The notes below the pieces were generated by a model that worked only from the letters and a program-made list of their open reading frames with translations, was not told the DNA's origin and ran no database searches. Below, piece by piece: positions 46,049 through 55,225 of a stretch of DNA of 60,174 bases (the first letter of the stretch is position 1; every line of letters starts with the position of its first letter). The DNA comes from a virus. Lineage: Duplodnaviria > Caudoviricetes. The stretch lies in IMG/VR virus record IMGVR_UViG_3300007276_005408, positions 1 through 60,174 of that record; one strand, 5' to 3'. Position numbers and translations under genes: made by a program.

Positions 46049-47395
46049 TTACATCCTCTTTAGTTTAGGTAGCGTTACCTTAGATGGCTTCTTTACTTCA
46101 CCCACCTTCTTTAGTTTAGGTAAAGATAAGTTTATTGCCTTTGGTGCTTCTTCAAATTTAGGTAAGTATTTTTCTAATATAGTTTTAAATACCTTTGTCA
46201 TATTATTCAAAGAAAATTTACCACTATTAGCCATAGCTAATTTTCTAGTAGGTTCTTTATATTTTTGGAGATTATTGAAAACATATAACATATGTCTTGC
46301 AGCGTTCTGATAGTTTACTGTAAACCATTGAGTACCTTCAACTAACATATCTTTTGGTAAAGAACTTTTATGTACTGGCGTCATAACTCCTTGTAAAAGT
46401 ACAGATTGAGTCTTATTCAAAAAATCTACATGACCACTCCAAGCAGGAGCAATTATCGGTTTACCACTAAGACTAGCTTCTAATAACGGACGACCAAACC
46501 CCTCTCCATGTGTAAAAGTTATATGAGCTTTTACTTTAGGATGATTGTATAATTGATTCATCTCCTCATCTTCTAAGTCACCATGCAACAAATATATGTT
46601 TGGGAAGTCTTTAGCACCGCTGTGGATATTCTCTTTTATTAGTCTTATCTTTTTTAGTACTTCAGTTCTATCCATAACAGAAAATGTTGCTTGACTTGCC
46701 TTCAATATAAGACCTGGTGCATTTTTCTTACCTTTGAATGTTGTTAGAAATGTCTGTATCATACTAGCTAAATCTTTTCTATCATGCCCAAAGTCACCTT
46801 GTAACCAGTGGCCCACAAATAAAAAGTTCCAATTGTTTTCTACTAATTCCATTTCCTTTATCAAGTCTGTAGAAAATTCTTTAGTCTTACCATAAACATT
46901 TGTATCAGCACCCTCAAACAAAACTTCCATAGGTTTAGTCAATCTTACTTCACCTATTTTCTGATTTTTCTGTTCATCCATTTTATCAAATACCACTTTT
47001 GTAAATGTCTCTTTTACAAAATTAGATGGAACGATATTCATATCCATTCTGTTCAATCCCTCAACCCACTCAGGCTTTGGTGTAGTACATTCGATACCAG
47101 CAGTAATTCCTATATTATATTTAGCTATCGGTGTAAATTCATTTGGTACACTAACTTGAATATGTATTTCAGGTTGTCTTTCTGTATTTTGTTGTTTCAA
47201 TATTCTAGATATTATTTTTTTGTCTTCTTCATTATTAGCACTCAAAGCATTCATCGGTGTATTACCCCACCTCATAGAATTTATTCTAATATCAAATAAA
47301 TCCATAGCTATTAGACTTCTAACTAAGTCTCTACTATGTGCTCCATAACCACTTCTAGTAGCAACAGGTGCTGTAAATAATAACATTGGTTTCAT
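46049..47395 (-). CDS. GT4 (GT-B) glycosyltransferase
   Basis: RSGYG, FLFVG, RK and GEGFGRPLLEA. Confidence 0.9.
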   Translation of the reverse strand: MKPMLLFTAPVATRSGYGAHSRDLVRSLIAMDLFDIRINSMRWGNTPMNALSANNEEDKKIISRILKQQNTERQPEIHIQVSVPNEFTPIAKYNIGITAGIECTTPKPEWVEGLNRMDMNIVPSNFVKETFTKVVFDKMDEQKNQKIGEVRLTKPMEVLFEGADTNVYGKTKEFSTDLIKEMELVENNWNFLFVGHWLQGDFGHDRKDLASMIQTFLTTFKGKKNAPGLILKASQATFSVMDRTEVLKKIRLIKENIHSGAKDFPNIYLLHGDLEDEEMNQLYNHPKVKAHITFTHGEGFGRPLLEASLSGKPIIAPAWSGHVDFLNKTQSVLLQGVMTPVHKSSLPKDMLVEGTQWFTVNYQNAARHMLYVFNNLQKYKEPTRKLAMANSGKFSLNNMTKVFKTILEKYLPKFEEAPKAINLSLPKLKKVGEVKKPSKVTLPKLKRM

Positions 47396-47403
47396 AAGTA
47401 CTC

Positions 47404-48786
47404 CTAAGTCTTATACATTGTGAATCGTTTACGAGGTGTCCATTTATCAAATGCTGTTTCCATATGGTCTATAAAGTTTTTACCTAACCACTTTGAAGAC
47501 ATCATCGATTCATCACCATTTACCCAATCATGTCCTACCATACCACATCGTTCTCTTTCTTCTCTACCCATATCATACCACTCTTTTAGAACATCAGCAA
47601 AGTCTTCCGCATTTGGTCTGTCATCCCAAATGTATGGTGTTGGTAAAGAACCTTGTATTGAACGATTAGCAGGCCATACTGGTTTACACCATTCACCCCA
47701 AGTCAAATCATCATTGTCTTTCCATTTTCTATAGTCATGCAAACTTTCAATGTCCTTATAATCTTGATAAGTAATGTGTTTGTCTTTCAATTTAAATCCA
47801 CATTGGTCTTGTAATCCACCTGTAACATTTACTGATATTGGTGTTCCACAATGTAGTGACTCACAAGTACCTAATCCAAAGCCTTCATTTGAAGCCATAT
47901 TTATAGAAACATCCGACAAGTTGTATAGATAACACAATTCCATATCACTCAATCCTTGATGTGAAAATATTACATCATACTCAGGACATAACTCTTCAAC
48001 TACTGCTGGCAAGTCTGTTCCGTTAGGGTCTTTAGGTGATGTATGCATTATCAGTACACACCTATCAGCCTTTTCTTTTGGTAAGGTATCACAGAAGTAT
48101 TTGTATGATAATATAACATCTGCTGGCAGTTTTCTTTTTATGTTTCTGTTATTCCAAAATACAACATAGTCATATTTTTTGTTCCCAAAAACTTTCTTAG
48201 AAAATTCTACTAGCTTTTTATCTTTCTTATCTATTGGATGAAATGTTTCCGTTTCTATTCCGTGTGGTACATAGGTCGAATCCCAATCTGTTCTTTCTTT
48301 ATTTTGACAAACATTCTGAACAATATTATGTGTTTGTTTAGATATGTTCATAATCAAATCACAAGACTCATAGAATGGTTCATTCCATCTTGGATATGGT
48401 AAATCATCCCATATGTTATAATAGAATATTGGAATCTCTCTTCTGAGTTCGTGTTCCATTTGATACAACCAAGTCCAAAATCTAGGGTCAGTATAATGTA
48501 ATATAGCATCTGGCTTTTCTAATGCCATAACTTCTCTTAGTGTTTCAGGACTTCCGTATCCACTAACAGGATATAACCTTAGATAAACATCTGTCATTCC
48601 CTTATCTTTTTCCAACGACTCTCCCATATCCATAATTTTACCTTCATCAGGATGTTTTATTGCCCCAGCTATTTGAGCCCAATCATACTTATGTAAGGTA
48701 TTCATCACTATGGTTTTGGATTGAGTAGCAATACCACTGTGCATTCTCAAATCGTCTGAAAGAAGAAGTATCTTCTGTTTAGCCAT
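47404..48786 (-). CDS. GT4 (GT-B) glycosyltransferase
   Basis: SGIA, NRNIKRK, NEGFGLGTCES and TGGLQDQ. Confidence 0.9.
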   Translation of the reverse strand: MAKQKILLLSDDLRMHSGIATQSKTIVMNTLHKYDWAQIAGAIKHPDEGKIMDMGESLEKDKGMTDVYLRLYPVSGYGSPETLREVMALEKPDAILHYTDPRFWTWLYQMEHELRREIPIFYYNIWDDLPYPRWNEPFYESCDLIMNISKQTHNIVQNVCQNKERTDWDSTYVPHGIETETFHPIDKKDKKLVEFSKKVFGNKKYDYVVFWNNRNIKRKLPADVILSYKYFCDTLPKEKADRCVLIMHTSPKDPNGTDLPAVVEELCPEYDVIFSHQGLSDMELCYLYNLSDVSINMASNEGFGLGTCESLHCGTPISVNVTGGLQDQCGFKLKDKHITYQDYKDIESLHDYRKWKDNDDLTWGEWCKPVWPANRSIQGSLPTPYIWDDRPNAEDFADVLKEWYDMGREERERCGMVGHDWVNGDESMMSSKWLGKNFIDHMETAFDKWTPRKRFTMYKT

Positions 48787-49009
48787 TCAGAACCTCTTTA
48801 TCATTTTTATTAAAAAAGTATTTATCTAATACTTCTAATTTATCATCATATTCAGCTATAATTGCCAGCTCTTTCTCTATTGTGTCCATAATATCTGGAT
48901 GTTCAGCAACACCTACAACATTTCTCAATAAGTTATTCACATTGACTTTATGTTTTTCAATGTGAGCTTGAAAGTGTAGTCTACTTGCTTTCAATATTTC
49001 TTTTCTCAC
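48779..49009 (-). CDS. hypothetical protein
   Basis: VGVAEHPDIMDTIEKEL pattern recalled from T4-like phages. Confidence 0.7.
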   Translation of the reverse strand: MRKEILKASRLHFQAHIEKHKVNVNNLLRNVVGVAEHPDIMDTIEKELAIIAEYDDKLEVLDKYFFNKNDKEVLNG

Positions 49010-49200
49010 AGCCTACTCCCACTTTGTACTAAATTGTCCCATTCGACAATTGTTTTTCTGAATGAATCATCCTTGACATATAAGTCCATAGACCTATTGA
49101 CAAGCTTTTGTAATGTAAAGTTATCTTCCAAATTTGATATTTTGAATTTTTTGTACAAATCATCCAATAACTTTACGGTAGTCAATTTAACATTGTTCAT
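49006..49200 (-). CDS. small ribbon-helix-helix-like protein
   Basis: LTTVKL strand followed by two helices; TACTTATA motif at 49223..49230 upstream. Confidence 0.55.
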   Translation of the reverse strand: MNNVKLTTVKLLDDLYKKFKISNLEDNFTLQKLVNRSMDLYVKDDSFRKTIVEWDNLVQSGSRL

Positions 49201-49238
49201 ATGTTTACTCCGTATATATGTATATAAGTATATAAGAA

Positions 49239-49640
49239 CTAACTTATTATTACAACTTTTTTTTCTCTTTTTGTAGCTTCATGCAAAGCACTTTCAGTAC
49301 CCTTTGAAACTATATCTTTTGGTAAGAAAGCAACCATTACATCACAGTATTCAGCTATCTGTTTGTTTCTATGGTGGTAATGCCAAGTAGCATACTTTCT
49401 ACCATAGTTATAACTTTCTAAAACACAATGCTGATTATACTGATAATGTTTTGGTGGAAACTCCGAATATTTTACTCCGAACTCCAATGAAAACTTTTTA
49501 GCATAGCCATCAGCACCATCTATCTGTCCACCACTTACAACCTCTAAGTCATCTCCCCACTTTTGTTTTAGTTTGAAAACGAACTCTTGAATCTTTCTTC
49601 TGTTAGTATATTTTCTACTGCCGACTATAGCAACTCTCAT
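49239..49640 (-). CDS. SLOG-superfamily (YspA/DprA-like) protein
   Basis: AIVGSR, VSGG..GAD, RN and SKGT. Confidence 0.85.
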   Translation of the reverse strand: MRVAIVGSRKYTNRRKIQEFVFKLKQKWGDDLEVVSGGQIDGADGYAKKFSLEFGVKYSEFPPKHYQYNQHCVLESYNYGRKYATWHYHHRNKQIAEYCDVMVAFLPKDIVSKGTESALHEATKREKKVVIIS

Positions 49641-50050
49641 TGTCCATCATTCCTTTTCTGTTTCTTAGGTTTTTCACCAGCACAAAAAACAGCGCAATCT
49701 GAAAATGATTTTAGACAACCTATCAAATCTTCAACTGATTTGTAATTATGTACAAACCTTCTACAGTTACCCATCTGTAAATCATCTTCTGGTCTTATTA
49801 TATCATACCATATAAAATCATTAGGTTCTAAAGTTGCTGTTGATTTTATAACTGTTCTGATATGTAACTTAGACTTATGTTCATCAGCAAATCTATTTAT
49901 GGTATCCACATCTATCTCACCTTCTTTACACCAAAAGTTTAGAAAGAATGGTTTTTTTGTGTGACATAAATCTATATAGTCCATTATAATTGGTTCGTAA
50001 TCAGTATTGATAAATTCCGATAACTTCATTCGTAAAGATACTTTATTCAT
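49637..50050 (-). CDS. hypothetical protein
   Basis: 137 aa coupled ORF. Confidence 0.7.
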   Translation of the reverse strand: MNKVSLRMKLSEFINTDYEPIIMDYIDLCHTKKPFFLNFWCKEGEIDVDTINRFADEHKSKLHIRTVIKSTATLEPNDFIWYDIIRPEDDLQMGNCRRFVHNYKSVEDLIGCLKSFSDCAVFCAGEKPKKQKRNDGQ

Positions 50051-50916
50051 TATTTTACTCCTGCGTCACAAAATTCTGTTTGATTGAAATCACACCATCT
50101 ACAATTTTTCTTAGATGCCTCTTTATTATAAGTATGTTCAACATTGTATTCTCCTTCAGGAGTAAAGCATTCTTTTAGAAAAGAATCCAGTCGCTGTACA
50201 ACTTTATTTATAGATGGTTTGCCATTTGCTGGTACAAACTTCTGTACTCTTTTCTGAGGGAAATCTAAGTTCTCATATAGTTTTCTTTTTACAATAAAAT
50301 ACTCCACTTCAATCTTATCGATTGGATGGTTGTATTGTTTAGCATAAAATTGTTTATACAATAGCAGTTGGTCTGTCTTATTCCTATCTGCCTTTTGCCA
50401 TTTATTCCAACCCATAGTAGATGTCTTTATATCATAAATCTTTATTACATTTCTAACAGTGTCTTTGATAACCAAGTCAAGATAACCAATAAATTTTATA
50501 TTATTTGGTAAGTCATAATCTAACTTGACTTCAATACCAAGTAACTCATAACCCTTCTTACTAAAATATTGACCTCTTCTTTTCTTTAGAAAGTCTAATA
50601 TTTCTGTACCATGCACATAAAATTCAACCATATCCTTTTCTGTACAGAACATCTCACCACCATTTTGCTTGAGAGCAGACTCAAAATTCTTTCTCATTCT
50701 AACTCTGAGTAAATCCTCTAAGTCCAAAGTGTCAGCTTTTTTAGCAGTCTCTGTATACATTACATGCAAATATGTTTGTATCACTTCATGCATTGAAGTT
50801 CCAAAGAGAGTATGTATCGACTCTGTAAACTCTCTATGTCCATCGACATATGCTGTTTTCCATCTGTGTGGACATTGAGCCCACATTGAATATTGACTAT
50901 AACTTATTCTTTTCAT
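50050..50916 (-). CDS. PD-(D/E)XK nuclease (RecB/AddB-like, with Cys cluster)
   Basis: ISYSQ..CP, GTSMH, GYLD, DIKTS, QLLLY and CRWC...C; start MKRIS via TAATG. Confidence 0.9.
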   Translation of the reverse strand: MKRISYSQYSMWAQCPHRWKTAYVDGHREFTESIHTLFGTSMHEVIQTYLHVMYTETAKKADTLDLEDLLRVRMRKNFESALKQNGGEMFCTEKDMVEFYVHGTEILDFLKKRRGQYFSKKGYELLGIEVKLDYDLPNNIKFIGYLDLVIKDTVRNVIKIYDIKTSTMGWNKWQKADRNKTDQLLLYKQFYAKQYNHPIDKIEVEYFIVKRKLYENLDFPQKRVQKFVPANGKPSINKVVQRLDSFLKECFTPEGEYNVEHTYNKEASKKNCRWCDFNQTEFCDAGVK

Positions 50917-51035
50917 TAGTCCATCCACTTTCCGTGTTTTCGTAAATGCCATAGTCTATGTGTAAACATTTCCCATAGCAAACCAGACAAAGTATCTGAT
51001 TCATAGACACCAACTTTACATTCGTATTTATACAT
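50916..51035 (-). CDS. small hypothetical protein (39 aa)
   Basis: Hand-translated MYKYECKVG...; TAATG-coupled at both ends. Confidence 0.65.
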   Translation of the reverse strand: MYKYECKVGVYESDTLSGLLWEMFTHRLWHLRKHGKWMD

Positions 51036-51421
51036 TACTTACCCCACTTACCATTCTTTACGATTGTAGCCATAATACCATAGTTAGAAATATCTAAATA
51101 AGCATCTTCCATCGGTTCACCTTGTACAGCATTATCTCTACCACTCATCAATAAAGTTTTTAGTCTTTGTATCTTATCATTCATACGAAACCACAGACCA
51201 GTAAGTGATAAGTGAATTTCTTCTTCGGTTTGTAATTGTGTCCCCACAGATATATTACCAGGACCATAGTCATGTTGCTTTTTTAGAAACAATTCATATT
51301 GTTCTTTTTGTAATCTACGAAACTCAGCAGTCATCTCAGGCCATTCTTTCTCCATCTGTTCGACTATAGGATGTTCAGGCTCTGAATACTCTACGCTCTT
51401 AGATTCTTTTATATTTTTCAT
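51035..51421 (-). CDS. Nmad1/DUF1599 nucleotide-modification-associated protein
   Basis: KQHDYG, RMNDKIQRL and EDAYLDISNY motifs. Confidence 0.8.
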   Translation of the reverse strand: MKNIKESKSVEYSEPEHPIVEQMEKEWPEMTAEFRRLQKEQYELFLKKQHDYGPGNISVGTQLQTEEEIHLSLTGLWFRMNDKIQRLKTLLMSGRDNAVQGEPMEDAYLDISNYGIMATIVKNGKWGK

Positions 51422-51444
51422 ATATCACTCCATTTTACATTATA

Positions 51445-51473
51445 AAGCTACGAACTTTTATGCTAAAAGTCAA
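51445..51473 (-). promoter_or_regulatory. class A promoter TTGACT-N17-TAGCTT
   Basis: Repeat copy with TTAGCA in spacer. Confidence 0.75.
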
Positions 51474-52089
51474 GCTTTTTTATTTTTCTTTTGATTCTTT
51501 TATTGAGATAGTATGTATAAATATGTTTTGGTTTTCTCTTCTTCCAAAAAATATTCTTGTCTCCACTATCATAGCGTCGCTTGATTTCTCTGCTGTATGG
51601 TCTGTGTATTTGATTCATAGACCGACTGTGCATTTCCTTGCCATCTACCATCAGTATTCTAGCACCAGCAGTTTCTCCTAAGTATTCAAAGTTACTAGCT
51701 TTGTATATTATACCTGAGTGTCCGTGGTGTTGGTCAGCAAAAGAAACTACGACTTCCATATCTGTATTTTGTTTTAGCCACCTAAGAGTCTTACCTATAA
51801 AGTAACTCTCTGTATTTGTTGGCGTATCATCTATACAACACAGTCTTCTTAGTTCTAAACATTTTGTTGGATTGATTGGATTATACTTTTCAGCGGTTGC
51901 TGGCATCGATGGATGTGCGTACATCATAGCGCCAATCATCTTTGGTAGTCCAAAGTTTCCCTCACCATATAACCCAAAGTGATACAAAGATTGCACACCA
52001 TTCACATTCTGTGAATAATGGTACTTCTCTATAAACTGAACTAAGGATTTTCTAGGTATTTCTTCTACAGTAAAATCCTTTACAGACAC
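51463..52089 (-). CDS. Mom-like GNAT DNA-modification protein (copy 2)
   Basis: HYS, LELRRL, NTESYF, VSFAD, GHSGIIYKASNFEYLG and KHIY. Confidence 0.8.
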   Translation of the reverse strand: MSVKDFTVEEIPRKSLVQFIEKYHYSQNVNGVQSLYHFGLYGEGNFGLPKMIGAMMYAHPSMPATAEKYNPINPTKCLELRRLCCIDDTPTNTESYFIGKTLRWLKQNTDMEVVVSFADQHHGHSGIIYKASNFEYLGETAGARILMVDGKEMHSRSMNQIHRPYSREIKRRYDSGDKNIFWKKRKPKHIYTYYLNKRIKRKIKKLDF

Positions 52090-52544
52090 TATATAATACC
52101 TAGCTTCCTTACTTCTTTTTCTTCTATACCATACTTAAATAATATATCAGCTATTTCTGCTTGTCCACCAGCAGTCATATCTAACACATCACAAGCATCT
52201 ACTGCTTCTCTTATACTAACCTGCATATCTTTAGCTAGTATTTCATAAACCCATTTTGGATATTTCATCTTTTTGTCTCCTTTGATGTATTTTAGCCATT
52301 GTCTACCTTTAGGAAAAATATTTGTGTATAACTTATACACTACTTCAGGCTCTAAATTATATTTCTGAACCTCATTTACGATATCTATCCAATCCATTTT
52401 CATAGATAGAAATCTATTTACCATATAATTAGACCAAGACTTTTTGTCTTCGTCTGATATATCATCCCAATAATTAGGATTTTGTACATCAGTAATTTGT
52501 TTGATGTGGTCGAATAAAGATTTAGCCTTCAGAGCTTTTGCCAT
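52089..52544 (-). CDS. putative clamp-loader small subunit (gp62-like)
   Basis: YMVNRFLSM motif and position after the clamp-loader ATPase; start MAKALK at 52544. Confidence 0.6.
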   Translation of the reverse strand: MAKALKAKSLFDHIKQITDVQNPNYWDDISDEDKKSWSNYMVNRFLSMKMDWIDIVNEVQKYNLEPEVVYKLYTNIFPKGRQWLKYIKGDKKMKYPKWVYEILAKDMQVSIREAVDACDVLDMTAGGQAEIADILFKYGIEEKEVRKLGII

Positions 52545-52764
52545 CTCTATAAACCTCCCCGCAATTGCCACAGCTATATACTTGTACAGGCACAATAGCC
52601 TCTTGTCCAGTAGGTGACATTAGTGCTGATATCTTCTTTAGAAAAAAACTCTGTATAAAAGAATAGTTACCACACTTTTCACATTGAATATTTTCTGCTT
52701 GTGCTAAGTCTACAGTAACCTGTCCTTTATTGCCGCCCATAGGTTTCATTGGTTTCATACTCAT
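52522..52764 (-). CDS. Zn-ribbon protein
   Basis: CEKC...CGNC. Confidence 0.8.
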   Translation of the reverse strand: MSMKPMKPMGGNKGQVTVDLAQAENIQCEKCGNYSFIQSFFLKKISALMSPTGQEAIVPVQVYSCGNCGEVYRDGKSSEG

Positions 52765-52771
52765 ATCTTCC

Positions 52772-53695
52772 TCACTTTATTATTGTTAGTAATTTTACCA
52801 TTGTAGCCATAAAGTTTATTTCTTTATCTACTACAACTATGTCGTCTCTTTGCCCTTCAGCTAATATTAGAATAACTTCAGCAGTATGTCCACTAGCCCA
52901 ATCATCTAAGGTATCGTAAAGTAATCTAAATCCATCAGAGAAATCTGTAACCTTACTATCTGCTAATAACTTTCTTATCTTTTTGAAAGCATCCTTCTTA
53001 TTATCATTTTTCAATATTTCAATCAATGTTAGTTTATAATCATTCTCCATCAATGCCTGTTCATCGATAACTAACAAACCATCTACCACTTGTCTCTGAG
53101 CAGAGTTTATAACTCTACGAATATCAGGATAACCTGCGTTTACCAAATTGACAACATCATCCATCTTACAAGCAACTTCTTCTTCTTTCAATATATTATT
53201 GAGATGAACAGCAACCTCTTTCTTTGATGGTGGTACAATTTGAAATGATTGACAACGACTTTGTATTGGGTCTATAATTCTTTCTACAAAGTTACAAGTT
53301 AGAATGAACCTACAATGTTTAGAGAAAGTCTCCATAAGGTTACGAAGAGCGGCTTGTGCGTTAGGTGTGATGTAATCACACTCATCTAAGATTATAATCT
53401 TTGAGTCTTTGAATCCAATAGTAGAAGCAAAGTTACGAACTTTATTACGAACTGTGTCTACACTATTCTCATCAGAAGCATTGATATATAGATAATCACA
53501 ATCTATACTATTTACCAACATCTTTGCTAATGTGGTTTTACCAGTACCAGCTCTACCAAACAATAGTAGATGTGGCATATCACCACTTTTCAAATAAACA
53601 TCTACCTTACTCTTTAGATGTTCGTTACCAATATAGTTTTCTAATTTTGTCGGGCGATATCTCTCAACCCATAAACTATGTTCTAATCTTTCCAT
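52772..53695 (-). CDS. clamp-loader ATPase (RFC/gp44-like)
   Basis: WVERYRP, GRAGTGKT, NASD, LDECD, AQAALR and SRC. Confidence 0.95.
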   Translation of the reverse strand: MERLEHSLWVERYRPTKLENYIGNEHLKSKVDVYLKSGDMPHLLLFGRAGTGKTTLAKMLVNSIDCDYLYINASDENSVDTVRNKVRNFASTIGFKDSKIIILDECDYITPNAQAALRNLMETFSKHCRFILTCNFVERIIDPIQSRCQSFQIVPPSKKEVAVHLNNILKEEEVACKMDDVVNLVNAGYPDIRRVINSAQRQVVDGLLVIDEQALMENDYKLTLIEILKNDNKKDAFKKIRKLLADSKVTDFSDGFRLLYDTLDDWASGHTAEVILILAEGQRDDIVVVDKEINFMATMVKLLTIIK

Positions 53696-54444
53696 TTGTT
53701 ATTTTCCACTGTTATTTTAGTTATTGTAACATCATGTACATAATTCTTAGGATAATTCATTATAGGATGTTTCATCATTCTTTTGAAGTGTCTATTTTCT
53801 CTTTTATTACCAAGAAAATAAATGTATCTATGTTTACTAGCTTCTTTCTTCAACCAAAAATCTCTTCCAATTGCTTTCTTTAGATTTTCTGGCGCAGCTG
53901 AACCATATTTAGAATACACACTTCGACTATGCATCCAATCATCATCTTCATTTACTCTCAATGAGTATGTAGGTGCTAACTGAAAATCACCACATCCTTG
54001 GTATATCCAATTAGTAGCTTGATAGATAGCACCATCATGACTCTGTTCCGGATCTGCGTATGAGATTAGAACCTTTATATTCTGTGCGAACTCTTTCATC
54101 CATTTGAAAGATAAAGATATTGCCAGTGATTCGATATTCTTTCCATACCCATCGTGTATGAATAATCTAGTAAGTTCCAAAATATTTTTATTTTGTATAA
54201 CCTCTTCTGAAAATATAGAACCGACAACTCTCCTTCCAACTGGAAAACCATAACAAGCCACGCCAATCAACTTTTCGTTTTTATCAAAAAATTGATGTTG
54301 ACTGTCTTCTTCATAGAATACTCCCAAAGGATATCTACAAGAAGACAGTCTACCACTATAATGATTCTTTTCAATCATATCTCTAGCTATTCTTTTATCT
54401 ATAGGTCTAAGAGATACTTTTGATTTATCTACATAAGATTCCAT
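53683..54444 (-). CDS. Mom-like GNAT DNA-modification protein (copy 1)
   Basis: NHYS, LELTRL, NIES, LISYAD, HDGAIYQATNWIYQG and KHRYIY. Confidence 0.8.
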   Translation of the reverse strand: MESYVDKSKVSLRPIDKRIARDMIEKNHYSGRLSSCRYPLGVFYEEDSQHQFFDKNEKLIGVACYGFPVGRRVVGSIFSEEVIQNKNILELTRLFIHDGYGKNIESLAISLSFKWMKEFAQNIKVLISYADPEQSHDGAIYQATNWIYQGCGDFQLAPTYSLRVNEDDDWMHSRSVYSKYGSAAPENLKKAIGRDFWLKKEASKHRYIYFLGNKRENRHFKRMMKHPIMNYPKNYVHDVTITKITVENNKWKD

Positions 54445-55161
54445 TTAGTCATTGGTTTCAGCAACTAAATAATACAAAGCATCGTAATCATCAACTTTGA
54501 ATTGTATTCTAGCAAGACCTTTTGACGAAATCTCAAGTGTCGCACTTTCACACTCTTTATTAGCAGTTAGAACATCTTTCAATAGATTGGAACTGAAAGC
54601 AACATTATCTATCTTAGATAGTTCTTCTGTTTCTACAGGGATAGTAACCCTATTAGTGCTTATTTCAGCATACCCAATAACCACTTTACATTCTTTATCA
54701 TTAGTGATAACAGTAAAGTTACCCGCATCTGGCAATGCTGATACACCTGAAATAAACTTACTCATAAAAGACTTATCGACTTTTATCTTTACTTCAAATT
54801 CTGGCACACTTTTCATATTAGGTGCTTGATTTATAACAGATAAATCTGACAACATATAGTTGACATTTGAATTGTTATCAGAAACCTTTAGTGATACAGC
54901 TTTATCACCAGCCCTCGTCAAATCAATACTGATTTTCTCATTCAGAACTGATAGTAGTTTTACCAATTGTTCTGTATTATAAACACCCATTTCAACAGCA
55001 TCAAACGAAAAATTATCCAAAGATAATTCACCAAGTAGATTCTTATCACCAGTTATAAAACGAGTAGATAGTTTATTACCATCACTCTTTAGTACAACAG
55101 ATGAGCAGTTTCCATTTAGGTAGTATTTTTCGATGAAGCGTGTAATTGAGACTTTATTCAT
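54445..55161 (-). CDS. DNA sliding clamp (gp45/PCNA-like)
   Basis: 238 aa between polymerase and clamp loader; GVYNTEQLVKLL and C-terminal YYLVA resemble gp45. Confidence 0.75.
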   Translation of the reverse strand: MNKVSITRFIEKYYLNGNCSSVVLKSDGNKLSTRFITGDKNLLGELSLDNFSFDAVEMGVYNTEQLVKLLSVLNEKISIDLTRAGDKAVSLKVSDNNSNVNYMLSDLSVINQAPNMKSVPEFEVKIKVDKSFMSKFISGVSALPDAGNFTVITNDKECKVVIGYAEISTNRVTIPVETEELSKIDNVAFSSNLLKDVLTANKECESATLEISSKGLARIQFKVDDYDALYYLVAETND

Positions 55162-55225
55162 TTATTACTCCTTATTAGTTATTAGATATATACATATATA
55201 TATATATCAAAGTTATTTGTCAAAA

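Noticed and set aside
28213-48786. Bacterial chromosomal LPS or capsule locus
   Set aside because: Contiguous with T4-like replication genes, shares phage promoter motifs, and lacks membrane export genes
50050-50916. Cas4 / CRISPR-Cas system
   Set aside because: No repeat-spacer array or other cas genes seen; such nucleases are common in phage replication modules
55186-55206. (TA)n microsatellite as a phase-variation tract
   Set aside because: Short and interrupted; more simply an AT-rich class B-like promoter region upstream of the clamp gene
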